A stretch of 32,505 bases of DNA from Candidatus Woesearchaeota archaeon (GCA_018221085.1 JAAOXZ010000033.1:1-32505), one strand, 5' to 3'; counted from the first letter of the stretch, positions 7,394 to 16,353 are shown. Numbers and translations: made by a program. Notes: generated from the sequence alone by a model not told the origin.

Positions 7394-7434
7394 CACAATC
7401 ATCCACACATCAAATAAATCACACAAATCACATT

Positions 7435-7500
7435 TAAAGAATCTTGCCTTGGTCTAAATTCTTTACACCACCCCCAAAAGGCAAGATTTTTTATTTTTTT
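7435..7500 (+). ncRNA. Candidate hairpin RNA with loop antisense to the ftsZ RBS
   Basis: Stem AATCTTGCCTT (7440-7450)/AAGGCAAGATT (7478-7488); loop TTTACACCACC (7462-7472) is the reverse complement of 6265-6275; T-tract follows. Confidence 0.45.
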
Positions 7501-7586
7501 CTTTCAAAACATTTATTAAGAAGTTATATCGATTGCTTAATCAAAAGAGTTTTTAATGTTTTAAAACTAAATACGAGGTTAATAAA

Positions 7587-7946
7587 ATGTCAAATGAACA
7601 AGAAGGACTTTCTTTGGATGAAGTCTTAAAATTAAAAGATAAAATAAAAATAACCGATTGGCAAGAAACTGCCGGGTTATACCACACCAAATGTGGTGAG
7701 GCCACAGTTTATTTAAGAGAAGACACCGTTTTTTCAAGAGAAGAAACTAGTGACCCTCAATTGATGGGCCATGTCAGTGTAGATTACAACGGATTAAAAT
7801 TGGCTGAATACACTGGTGACCAGGATCCCAGAGTGAATGAATGGTATTTATCTGTTAAGGAAGGCATAGATGCTATCCATGATAAAGAAAGAAAAGAAGC
7901 TCTCCATGGAGCCAGAGAGACAATCAAGAATTTCTTAAAAGAATAA
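7587..7946 (+). CDS. Hypothetical protein
   Basis: 119 aa ORF with SD GAGGT. Confidence 0.7.
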   Translation: MSNEQEGLSLDEVLKLKDKIKITDWQETAGLYHTKCGEATVYLREDTVFSREETSDPQLMGHVSVDYNGLKLAEYTGDQDPRVNEWYLSVKEGIDAIHDKERKEALHGARETIKNFLKE

Positions 7947-7978
7947 CTTTTATAAAAGCAAAAGTAATTCTTTCTCTT

Positions 7979-9418
7979 ATGGCTAAGGACATCAAAGGTA
8001 TCACTGTTAAAAAGGAAAACTTCAGTGAGTGGTATACTCAAGTAATTCAGAAAGCAGATTTAGCTGATTATTCTGCCGTTTCTGGTTGTATTGTTTACAA
8101 ACCCAATTCTTACTTAATTTGGGAAAAGATCAAACACTTAGTCGATCAAAGATTCAAAAGTGTTGGAATAAAAAATGCTTACTTTCCTTTATTCATCCCA
8201 GAAAAACTCCTACAAAAAGAAGAAGCTCACGTAGAAGGATTCTCTCCTGAAGTGGCTTGGGTTACTCATGCCGGAAAAACTAAACTAGATGAACGTTTAG
8301 CCGTCCGACCCACTTCCGAAACTATTATGTATGATTCTTATGCTAAATGGATTCGTTCCCATAAAGACCTTCCTTTAAGATTAAACCAATGGTGTAACGT
8401 AGTCCGATGGGAATTTAAACATCCTATTCCTTTCCTAAGAGGTCGAGAATTCTTGTGGAATGAAGGCCATACTGTTTTCGCTACCAAAAAAGAAGCAGAA
8501 GCAGAAAAAGACCAAATCATCAACATCTACAACGATGTTTGTGAAAATTACTTAGCCTTACCTTCCTTAATTGGTAAAAAATCAGAAAAAGAGAAGTTTG
8601 CTGGAGCAGAATACACTGTTTCTATGGAATTTTTAATGCCTAACGGTAAAGGTATTCAGGGACCAGATTTTCACCATGACGGTCAAAACTTTGCTAAAGC
8701 GTTTGACATTTCTTTTTTAGATGAAAAAGGTACCAAACAATATGCTTGGCAAAACACTTTCGCTATTACTACCAGAATGCTGGGGATCATGTTTGCTATT
8801 CACGGAGACGATAAAGGATTGGTTCTCCCGCCCCAACTAGCACCCATTCAAGTAGTCATTGTACCTATTCTGTTTGAAAAAACCAAAGCTAAGGTTCTTA
8901 AGGCTTGCCAGAAAATAAAAGATAGCCTTTCTCCAAACTTTTCCGTTCACTTAGATAATCGGGAAGATTATTCTCCGGGTTGGAAATTTAACGAATGGGA
9001 AGTTAAAGGTATTCCGGTAAGAATTGAAATAGGACCTCGGGATTTAGAGAAAAATCAAGCCGTCTTAGTCCGAAGAGACACTGGAGAAAAGAAATCCCTT
9101 TCCATTTCTAGTTTAGCCAAGAAAGTTGGCCCATTATTAAATCAAATTCAAGATAATCTTCTTCAAAAAGCTAAATCCCATCTCAAAAAAAGTATTGTTA
9201 AAGTTACTACTCTAGCCGAAGCAAAAAAACAAATCAACGACCAAAAAATTGTTTTCGCTCCTTGGTGTAACACCTCCCAATGCGAAGAGAATATTAAAGA
9301 TAAAATAAGTGGCGCTAAATCCCTCAATTCCCCTTCTAAACAGTCTAAAGCAACTGGCAAATGTTTTGCCTGCGCTAAAAAAGCCACATCTCACTTTTAT
9401 TTCGGCAAGAGTTATTAA
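7979..9418 (+). CDS. proS: Proline--tRNA ligase (archaeal/eukaryotic type)
   Basis: FSEWY, HVEGFSPEVAWVT, RPTSET, LPLRLNQWCNVVRWE, FLRGREFLWNEGHT, HGDDKGLVLPP, C-terminal Zn motif and FGKSY. Confidence 0.97.
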   Translation: MAKDIKGITVKKENFSEWYTQVIQKADLADYSAVSGCIVYKPNSYLIWEKIKHLVDQRFKSVGIKNAYFPLFIPEKLLQKEEAHVEGFSPEVAWVTHAGKTKLDERLAVRPTSETIMYDSYAKWIRSHKDLPLRLNQWCNVVRWEFKHPIPFLRGREFLWNEGHTVFATKKEAEAEKDQIINIYNDVCENYLALPSLIGKKSEKEKFAGAEYTVSMEFLMPNGKGIQGPDFHHDGQNFAKAFDISFLDEKGTKQYAWQNTFAITTRMLGIMFAIHGDDKGLVLPPQLAPIQVVIVPILFEKTKAKVLKACQKIKDSLSPNFSVHLDNREDYSPGWKFNEWEVKGIPVRIEIGPRDLEKNQAVLVRRDTGEKKSLSISSLAKKVGPLLNQIQDNLLQKAKSHLKKSIVKVTTLAEAKKQINDQKIVFAPWCNTSQCEENIKDKISGAKSLNSPSKQSKATGKCFACAKKATSHFYFGKSY

Positions 9419-10366
9419 CTAACTACTTTTCTGCTTAACTATTTTCCACCATTCTGCCAGCATTTCGTTATAATCTAGAATTCCTTTTCCACTAGTCAAA
9501 GAAACGACTGGCTGCAGACCTTTGATTTTCATTGCTTTTTCGTATTCTCTAACAAATTTATGGGGACCCATTTTTGCTATCTTGTCCAAATCGTTGATGT
9601 GCTGGACATAAACCAGCGTATAAATCATGTGGAATCCCGCTGAGTAAGGTAGTTTTATAATCAATGTATTCCAGAACTTCTTTTTCGCTTTTTCTATTTT
9701 CTTTAACCTGCCGCCTTTTTTTGTGGCTAGGTATTTAGTCCATTGCTTTTTAGTTAATAAAGACCATTTCCGAGCAGCACTATAATATTTTTTGAATCTC
9801 TTTTTGTTGAAAATGATTCTGCCTTTCGATAAATATTTAAAATAGTCTGCCTGCCCTTCTGCAGGTAAGAGGTGAGTAAACAGCAATAACATCTCTCTAA
9901 TGTCTTTTGTATCTGGCTCCTCTTTCATTAATTTTGAAAAACGCTTTTGTAGTATTTTTCCAGTTCTATCTGAATGCCACGCCACTTTCTTAATCCAATT
10001 AGAAATTTGCTGGTGAGTTATGTGTCTTAGTTCATGGACCATATCGCTTTTAATCCCCTTCACTTTAATTTTGACAGCATTGATGTACACGATCACTTTG
10101 TTTTGTAATAGTTTTTCGGTCTCCACCCATGCTCTGTACATACCTCTGTCTCCTTTTTTGTGACTTTCAATCATAAAAGTGATTTTGGGGAATCTTTTTG
10201 CCGCTTTATCTGTTTTAGAAAAAAGTAGAATCTCTCTTTTGATTTTCTTTATCTTAGCACGGTTAACATCCCGACTCTTGTCTACAATAATAATCTCTCT
10301 ACCTTCGTAAGTTATCTCTATGTATTTCTCTGTTGGAATTTCAACCCTCTTTTTCCAAAAAGCCAT
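9419..10366 (-). CDS. Basic putative zinc metallopeptidase (HExxH...EGxA)
   Basis: VHELRH, AEGQADY, YSAGFHM. ATG at 10366 preferred over TTG 10387 because a TATA lies about 24 nt upstream. Confidence 0.6.
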   Translation of the reverse strand: MAFWKKRVEIPTEKYIEITYEGREIIIVDKSRDVNRAKIKKIKREILLFSKTDKAAKRFPKITFMIESHKKGDRGMYRAWVETEKLLQNKVIVYINAVKIKVKGIKSDMVHELRHITHQQISNWIKKVAWHSDRTGKILQKRFSKLMKEEPDTKDIREMLLLFTHLLPAEGQADYFKYLSKGRIIFNKKRFKKYYSAARKWSLLTKKQWTKYLATKKGGRLKKIEKAKKKFWNTLIIKLPYSAGFHMIYTLVYVQHINDLDKIAKMGPHKFVREYEKAMKIKGLQPVVSLTSGKGILDYNEMLAEWWKIVKQKSS

Positions 10367-10494
10367 GGCTATTATCAAACTAAACAAATTTAATAATCTT
10401 TCGTTAATCTAATCACTACTAATAAAAATAATAATATGCAGAAAAACCAGAAAATTATTGACTTTAGTTGATAGATGAATGGTTTTTGGCATCC

Positions 10495-10571
10495 TAAAAA
10501 TCCACTATCCAAAGAAAACTCTGACAAATCAGTACCTTTAGGTGCTGGTAGGAGTTTTCTGTGGATTTTTA
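10495..10571 (+). repeat. Long imperfect palindrome with an IS200/IS605-end-like core
   Basis: TAAAAATCCAC/GTGGATTTTTA, AGAAAACTC/GAGTTTTCT and ATCAGTACCT-TT-AGGTGCTGGT nested stems. Confidence 0.6.
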
Positions 10572-10589
10572 TGATTTTTTACGTGGGTT

Positions 10590-11093
10590 CTATGGACGTT
10601 CAGAAATATACTCTCTTATATGTTTATACAATCTTTCAAAGTTTTCTTTCTCTTTTTCATTAAAATATTCTTCTACCAGTGTTTCTGCTCGTTCTCTGCC
10701 ATCGGGTCTGAATCTGAAGAGATTGCCGTCTCCCAAGAACCATTCCCTGCCAAATCTATACTCATCTCCTAAAGCACGATGGATATAAGGATCGTCATTT
10801 TGGGAACCCCAAAGACACCGTATTAAGCCTTCATTTACTCTTTCTTCAAATTCAGCCATGCGTTGAAGATAGGGGCTGTGTGATGGACCATCAAAGAATT
10901 CATGAAACTTTAAATTAAATTGTGGATATTTTTTTGCAAATAGTTTATCCATGGCAAAATCCACACTTTTTATTATTTTGTGAGGCCCAGGTATTTTGTA
11001 GTCAAATCGTATTGGTTCGGTAAAACCTAAGGTCAAAGCATCTACTGTTCTGTTAAAAAGTTCAATTTTCTTTTCCCATTCGTCTTCTGCCAT
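10590..11093 (-). CDS. Hypothetical protein
   Basis: Long ORF; ATG at 11093 (MAEDEWEKK) preferred over TTG 11102. Confidence 0.7.
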   Translation of the reverse strand: MAEDEWEKKIELFNRTVDALTLGFTEPIRFDYKIPGPHKIIKSVDFAMDKLFAKKYPQFNLKFHEFFDGPSHSPYLQRMAEFEERVNEGLIRCLWGSQNDDPYIHRALGDEYRFGREWFLGDGNLFRFRPDGRERAETLVEEYFNEKEKENFERLYKHIREYISERP

Positions 11094-11213
11094 CTTTATC
11101 AATCATATTTAGTTTAATATAAAAATCTTTTTGATTTAAGTTCACAATTTTTCCCAATCACTACTACCTTGTCATCAACAATCTTTATATAGCACCTCTG
11201 TTTCTTCACTTCT

Positions 11214-11738
11214 ATGTTTCTAGAAAAAATAGTGCAAGGGGTGAGTAACCGCCGTCCTCCAAACATAACTCAAGCTAAACAGTATGCTGCAGAAATAAAA
11301 GAAGCTACCACCATAGTCCAACAACAGAAACCTCAACTCAAAGAAACTTCTTCTGAAGAAGAACCTCTCACTAAGATTGTTGAACTTCAAGAATTAGACG
11401 ACCTCCAAATTGAATATGCTCAATTTGAAGAACAAAACGTAGCTCAAATTAATTACGATGATCTTTTTTCTTATTTAGAACACCACGCCTCTTCTGGAGA
11501 TGATTACCAACCCGAAGCTGAAACTTCTGAACAAACTACTTCTGTTATGTCTGATGAAGAAGCCGAAGAAACTGTTCAAAAAATACAATTAAGTTATCTC
11601 ACTGGAGATAAAGACAACGTTTCCTATGCAGAAAAAGAAAAATTCCATCACTGGCAGAAATTTAACGCCACTCTTCTAATGCTTTATCATCAACTGAGTC
11701 CTCTCCGCACCGATAATGTTGATTACTCTGCAGTTTAA
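11214..11738 (+). CDS. Acidic hypothetical protein
   Basis: 174 aa ORF, TTTATATA about 24 nt upstream. Confidence 0.7.
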   Translation: MFLEKIVQGVSNRRPPNITQAKQYAAEIKEATTIVQQQKPQLKETSSEEEPLTKIVELQELDDLQIEYAQFEEQNVAQINYDDLFSYLEHHASSGDDYQPEAETSEQTTSVMSDEEAEETVQKIQLSYLTGDKDNVSYAEKEKFHHWQKFNATLLMLYHQLSPLRTDNVDYSAV

Positions 11739-12106
11739 TCCGGATTTGTTTCATTCTTGACCACTTCTACTGCCGCCGCCAACTTATACATTTTGTAACA
11801 CAAGAGAAACTGACTTAAGGAAGGACGGGTTTCTTCAGCTAATTTCCACCCAATCTCCCTGCAGGTTTTAATTTTGTCTAAGTCGTTATCTAGAAGGGTT
11901 TGACATAGTGTATCTAGCAAGGTGTTGGAATTATTTTCGTCTATTAATCCCCATCCCAATTCCACACACTTCTCCGCTTTGTCGGGATTGGAGTTGTAAA
12001 GAGTAAGATACAAATCATCTAACATCTGATATGGATTCTGACCATAATTAATAATATCATTCATCAAAGACTTATATTCTCTTACTTGCCCTTCTAAATC
12101 AAACAT
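11735..12106 (-). CDS. Hypothetical helical protein with an internal 35-aa duplication
   Basis: LDxLxxTL.....DK...CxE(L/I)GWxLxxE occurs twice. Confidence 0.7.
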   Translation of the reverse strand: MFDLEGQVREYKSLMNDIINYGQNPYQMLDDLYLTLYNSNPDKAEKCVELGWGLIDENNSNTLLDTLCQTLLDNDLDKIKTCREIGWKLAEETRPSLSQFLLCYKMYKLAAAVEVVKNETNPD

Positions 12107-12137
12107 AAAAACAATGAATCAAAGAAATATATAAATC

Positions 12138-12905
12138 TTATTTACCAAGAGAATACTTTTCTAAGAATTCTTCTTCCATGAAATGCATTTTCCCAGGTAC
12201 AATCAAACAATGGGGCGGTTTACCGAAGTCTTCTTTCATTAACTCGCTAGCCTTCCCAGACTTCACCACAAAATCATCTCGACCCAATCTGGCACTACCA
12301 ATACACAAACTATCTTCAGAAAAAACCTTTCCCTTTTTCCTACCTTCAATCTTCAACAAAACTTCAATAGCATCATTAACAGTCATAAATCGCTCCTCAT
12401 TCGGATTTAAATCTAATAAAAACAAAGTATGCAATCCCATCTTTTGATTATCTTTCAAAATGTTATATGGAGTCTCTAATCCTACAAAATTTTCAAAAAA
12501 AGGAATCGAAGCAATTTGCCCATACTTATACAATTGTAAACCCGCTATTCCCACGGCATCAAAGATAGAAGTATTGTGAATCACTTTTACCAAAACATTT
12601 TTTTCCTCTGCTTCAGCAATCAAACTTACATGCGTGGTTGCCATTAATGGGTTCCCCACTACCAAAAAAGCAATATCTTTTTTCACCGCTTCACTAATAA
12701 TTTTATCACTATCATTTTCCGCCATATCTCGATCTGCTAATACGATTTTCCGGCCGTAGAATTTTTCTAATTTTTCCACATTACAATCTAAGATGGAAGT
12801 ATAATTTTCTAAATAGATCTTGTTACAACTTTTGACAATCTCCAATCCCTTCACGGAAATGTCTTTTTCATCTCCCAGTCCAATACCAATTAAATATAAT
12901 GTCAT
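12138..12905 (-). CDS. dph5: Diphthine synthase
   Basis: LYLIGIGLGDEKDIS.KGLE, YLENYTS, GNPLMATTH, GLQLYKYG, GLHTLFLLD, DFGKPPHCLIVPG.MHFMEEE. ATG 12905 preferred over TTG 12911. Confidence 0.95.
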   Translation of the reverse strand: MTLYLIGIGLGDEKDISVKGLEIVKSCNKIYLENYTSILDCNVEKLEKFYGRKIVLADRDMAENDSDKIISEAVKKDIAFLVVGNPLMATTHVSLIAEAEEKNVLVKVIHNTSIFDAVGIAGLQLYKYGQIASIPFFENFVGLETPYNILKDNQKMGLHTLFLLDLNPNEERFMTVNDAIEVLLKIEGRKKGKVFSEDSLCIGSARLGRDDFVVKSGKASELMKEDFGKPPHCLIVPGKMHFMEEEFLEKYSLGK

Positions 12906-12924
12906 AATCAAATAAATATGAGTC

Positions 12925-14580
12925 TCACTTAAAAAATTTCACCATATAAGTGCCTTCTTTTACATAGCCCAGTTTACGGTAATAACCTCGTACACCAATA
13001 CCACTAATCACAGTTACTTTCTTGATACCTTCCCGCAGTACAATCTCTTCTGCAGTTCCCATTAATTTTTTACCCCAGCCTTTGTGCTGTACCGAACCTT
13101 TCTCTCCTACTCCGGCTGCCATTCCATAAACATGTAATTCTCTAATCCCTGCCAAACCTCCAGTAATTCTCAATCGACAAAAACCCAATAATAAATCGTT
13201 CTTCGTATCTTCAGCAGAAATAAAAAACTCTTCCCCCGTAGATGCTCGATATTGTTGGACCTTAATTTTGACGTCTTTAAAACTAACTTCCTTCCCTTTT
13301 GGTTCTCGACATCTAATACACCGACAAGAAGGTTTAAATTTTTCGTGAATATATTGCCGTAAATTAGTCATGCTCACTCCTGCCATTATTTGATAAGTCG
13401 GGATATCTCTTTGCACCCTTAACACTCGAACATATTCTGGAATCTGTTCTTTAAACCAAGCAATTAATTTAGCTGCCCGTTCAGTATCCAATGGTTTATA
13501 TTTCCCTCGCGCCCATAAATCATAAAGTTTAGTTCCTTTGGTGACCATACAAGGATATATTTTCAAGGCGTCTGGTCTAAAACGGGAATCACTAAATAAT
13601 TCCTTGAACATTTTTTTATCCTCTCCGATAGAACTTCCTGGCAAACCAGGCATAATGTGATAACCTACTTTTAAGAAATGATCTTTAGCTAACTTTGTTG
13701 CTTTAACAGTTTCTGCGGTGTCGTGTCCACGGGTTATTTTATCTAAAACCTTATCATTTAAATGTTGTACTCCCAATTCTATTCTGGTACAGCCCAATCT
13801 TAACATTCTTTTGATTTCTTTTTCGGTACAATAATCTGGCCGAGTTTCAATGCACAGTGCCACTCCTCTGATTTTTGCTTTTTCGTTTTTAGTTTGTTCC
13901 TTCAACAAACCAGCTTTACTAAATTTTCCTTTTAATTTCAATAATTTCTTTTGAATCCTATTAATTCTTTTTTTGTCTTCTAAATCTTCTACTGGCAGTT
14001 CAAAGAATCTCTTAAACTTAGACCAATTTAATTTTTCCTTAACAAAGAACAACTTAGAGAAATCATTCATCGCTTTGAAAGCCCCCCAGACAAATTCCTC
14101 TTGATATTTAATCGGAAAACTAGGGAAAGTTCCTCCCATCAAAATTAATTCTACTTTATCAACATTATGCCCCAATAAAATATATTGTTCCAATCGATTA
14201 AAAATCTGTAAATAACTACTATACTTATTTCTTATTCCCCTCATAGTGGCCGGCTCTCTTCCAGTATAACTTTGTGGCACATCTCCAAAGGGACTTTTTA
14301 CTCCGCCCGGACACATGGCACACTTGCCGTGAGGACATTTAAAGGGCTTAGTCATAATTGCTACTGGTGCCACTCCAGAAATGGTTCTAGTGGGTTTAGT
14401 CATCAATCTTTTTTTTAACCAACTCAAATCTTTCCCCTCACTATGCAATAGAATTTCAATATTAGTTGGTATCTTTTTAGCTTTATACTTCATACTTAGT
14501 TCTCTTTTTAGCCTAGCCAACTGTTTAGCAGTCAGTTTCTTTTTTCGGAGTACCGAGATAATTTCTTGGTAAAGTTCCAT
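12925..14580 (-). CDS. elp3: tRNA uridine(34) acetyltransferase Elp3 (radical SAM plus GNAT)
   Basis: KPTRTISGVAPVA, CPHGKCAMCPGG, QSYTGREP, ETRPD, RVQRDIP, IRELHVYG, QHKGWG. Confidence 0.96.
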   Translation of the reverse strand: MELYQEIISVLRKKKLTAKQLARLKRELSMKYKAKKIPTNIEILLHSEGKDLSWLKKRLMTKPTRTISGVAPVAIMTKPFKCPHGKCAMCPGGVKSPFGDVPQSYTGREPATMRGIRNKYSSYLQIFNRLEQYILLGHNVDKVELILMGGTFPSFPIKYQEEFVWGAFKAMNDFSKLFFVKEKLNWSKFKRFFELPVEDLEDKKRINRIQKKLLKLKGKFSKAGLLKEQTKNEKAKIRGVALCIETRPDYCTEKEIKRMLRLGCTRIELGVQHLNDKVLDKITRGHDTAETVKATKLAKDHFLKVGYHIMPGLPGSSIGEDKKMFKELFSDSRFRPDALKIYPCMVTKGTKLYDLWARGKYKPLDTERAAKLIAWFKEQIPEYVRVLRVQRDIPTYQIMAGVSMTNLRQYIHEKFKPSCRCIRCREPKGKEVSFKDVKIKVQQYRASTGEEFFISAEDTKNDLLLGFCRLRITGGLAGIRELHVYGMAAGVGEKGSVQHKGWGKKLMGTAEEIVLREGIKKVTVISGIGVRGYYRKLGYVKEGTYMVKFFK

Positions 14581-14634
14581 GAATCCTTTTCTTACCCGAA
14601 ACCTTTATAAATACTTTCTTAAATTTTAAGACTC
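14581..14634. promoter_or_regulatory. Bidirectional promoter with a single palindromic TATA (TTTATAAA 14604-14611)
   Basis: Exactly 24 nt to both the elp3 ATG (14580) and the rpl21e ATG (14635); purine-rich BRE-like sequence on each strand. Confidence 0.65.
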
Positions 14635-14925
14635 ATGGTAAGAAGAATAGGTACTGCAAGGAGAAAAACAAGACAGAAGTTTAAACAGCACTTTAAAGAT
14701 AAAGGCAAGGTTCCGTTAAGCCGTTATTTCCAAGAATTTAAAACTGGAGAGAAGGTAGTCTTAAAAGCTAATTTAGCGGTTGCTAAAGGTATGTATTTCC
14801 CTCGTTTTCACGGTAAAACTGGTACCATTTCCGGAAAGAGAGGTTTTTGTTACCAAGTCGCCATTAAAGATGGTCGAAAACCAAAATTATTTAATGTTCA
14901 TCCTATTCACTTAAAAAAAGTATAA
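14635..14925 (+). CDS. rpl21e: 50S ribosomal protein L21e
   Basis: RRKTR, FKTGEKV, RFHGKTGTI.GKRG, VHPIHL. Confidence 0.95.
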   Translation: MVRRIGTARRKTRQKFKQHFKDKGKVPLSRYFQEFKTGEKVVLKANLAVAKGMYFPRFHGKTGTISGKRGFCYQVAIKDGRKPKLFNVHPIHLKKV

Positions 14926-14931
14926 TTTAAA

Positions 14932-15279
14932 ATGCCAAACCCACAATTTATTGAAGAAACCCCTGTAACGTTAGTTGATGTTCAAGAAGCACTTCAAGAG
15001 ATAGAAGAACGCGACAAAGAACTTAATTATCGTTCCAATAAGACTAAAGAATTTCTGGGTTTATTTACTCACGTTTCTAAAGAAAAGAAAGAAGAACTTT
15101 ACAAGAAACTAACTGATCTTAAATTAATTCGTTTGAAGGAAGCCCACATCATCAAAATTATTGACTTCCTACCTCTCACTTTAGAAGAATTGAAAGTGAT
15201 TCTCCAAGCTTATCCCGTCAGCATGCCTAAAAAAGACATGGAAAGTATTGTTGCGACAGTCAAAGAAGTGGCGGAATAA
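14932..15279 (+). CDS. rpoF: RNA polymerase subunit F (Rpo4)
   Basis: ELNYR, KIIDFLP.T.EELKVIL; conserved position after rpl21e. Confidence 0.88.
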   Translation: MPNPQFIEETPVTLVDVQEALQEIEERDKELNYRSNKTKEFLGLFTHVSKEKKEELYKKLTDLKLIRLKEAHIIKIIDFLPLTLEELKVILQAYPVSMPKKDMESIVATVKEVAE

Positions 15280-15319
15280 AGCGTAATTTTTATTAACTAT
15301 TGAATAATACTAGAATAAA

Positions 15320-15886
15320 ATGGAAGAAAGAAATTTACCACCCCAACCAAAAGAAGAAAAAGCAGTTGTCTTAGACTACTTAGAACACGGCTATCCTTTT
15401 GATGCTAGCCCCGTCAAGTCTTCGATAGCTCAGGCTCTCGGTTTAGGACATTTAACTATTCTAGAATTGATTCCTAAGAAAGGTATTTTCTTACAACCTC
15501 ATGAAGAAGTTTACATTGGAGAAGGAAAAAGAGAACGGATCCATCATATTAAAGGTAGAATTTCTGCCGATAAATTAACCGCTACTGCCCAGAGCGAATT
15601 GAAACACGTTGTCGATAAAATTGTTTCTGATAACGAAGAGAAATACGTTAAGTTCTTTAACGAAGCTCAGCCTCTTTCCACTAGAATGCACCAGTTAGAA
15701 TTACTTCCTGGATTGGGGAAAAAACACATGTGGGAGATCATTGAAGCTCGTCGACAAAAACCCTTCGAGAATTTTGAAGACTTAAAGAACCGAGTTAAAC
15801 TCTTACCCGACCCTAAGATGATTGTAGTTAAAAGAATCGTCTCAGAATTAGAAGGCCACGAAAAGTATAAAATCTTTGTTGGTTAG
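15320..15886 (+). CDS. DUF655 putative RNA-binding protein
   Basis: VLDYL.HG, AQALG, YIGEG.R, FFN.AQPL.TRMHQLELLPGLGKK; rpl21e-rpoF-DUF655 synteny. Confidence 0.92.
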   Translation: MEERNLPPQPKEEKAVVLDYLEHGYPFDASPVKSSIAQALGLGHLTILELIPKKGIFLQPHEEVYIGEGKRERIHHIKGRISADKLTATAQSELKHVVDKIVSDNEEKYVKFFNEAQPLSTRMHQLELLPGLGKKHMWEIIEARRQKPFENFEDLKNRVKLLPDPKMIVVKRIVSELEGHEKYKIFVG

Positions 15887-16297
15887 TTACCGCCACTTCA
15901 TATCTTTCTGTTTCTCTTTCACTACATCTTTCATTCCGGATTCCGATGCCTTTCGTAATAGCTCTTTACCCACTTTTCTCAATCGCAAACCATTGATGTT
16001 AACATCAATTTCCAAAAAACTATATGCTTGTAGAATTCCATCTAATTGTTTAATCTGCTTGGATAAATTATCTGTTTTCAAACCGTCTTCTACAATTCCT
16101 TCTTCTTTAACCATACTTTTCATGGTTTCTAATTTCTTTACTAATTCCACTACATCAATTTCCTTCAAAGAAACCAGTACTGCACTTAAGTCTTGTTTTA
16201 CTTTAACATCTTCCGTTTCTTTTTCTTTAGCTAGCTTTAACTTCTGCCAGATCTTCCATTCATTAATCGCCATAGAACACATTAAAACTTTCTTCAT
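15887..16297 (-). CDS. Hypothetical protein (start uncertain)
   Basis: K/E-rich ORF filling the gap between convergent neighbours. Confidence 0.6.
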   Translation of the reverse strand: MKKVLMCSMAINEWKIWQKLKLAKEKETEDVKVKQDLSAVLVSLKEIDVVELVKKLETMKSMVKEEGIVEDGLKTDNLSKQIKQLDGILQAYSFLEIDVNINGLRLRKVGKELLRKASESGMKDVVKEKQKDMKWR

Positions 16298-16317
16298 TAA
16301 AAAACTTTCTTTTTAAT

Positions 16318-16353
16318 TAAAAGAAAAAAAAGAAAAAAAGGGCTTATTTGCCC
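16318..16353 (-). terminator. Short hairpin plus U-tract terminator
   Basis: GGGC-AAAUAA-GCCC overlapping the stop codon, then about 20 nt U-rich on the minus strand. Confidence 0.5.

Noticed and set aside
10391-10528. Minus-strand hydrophobic short ORF (..IIFWFFCILLFLLVVIRL..) as a type I toxin
   Set aside because: No ATG or SD (only TTG), and hydrophobic translation is expected from T-rich DNA.
15876-16316. 146-aa plus-strand ORF and similar S/F/L-rich ORFs in the track (e.g. 2313, 12178, 18393, 22711, 28447, 29465)
   Set aside because: These are antisense shadows of real K/E-rich genes on the opposite strand.
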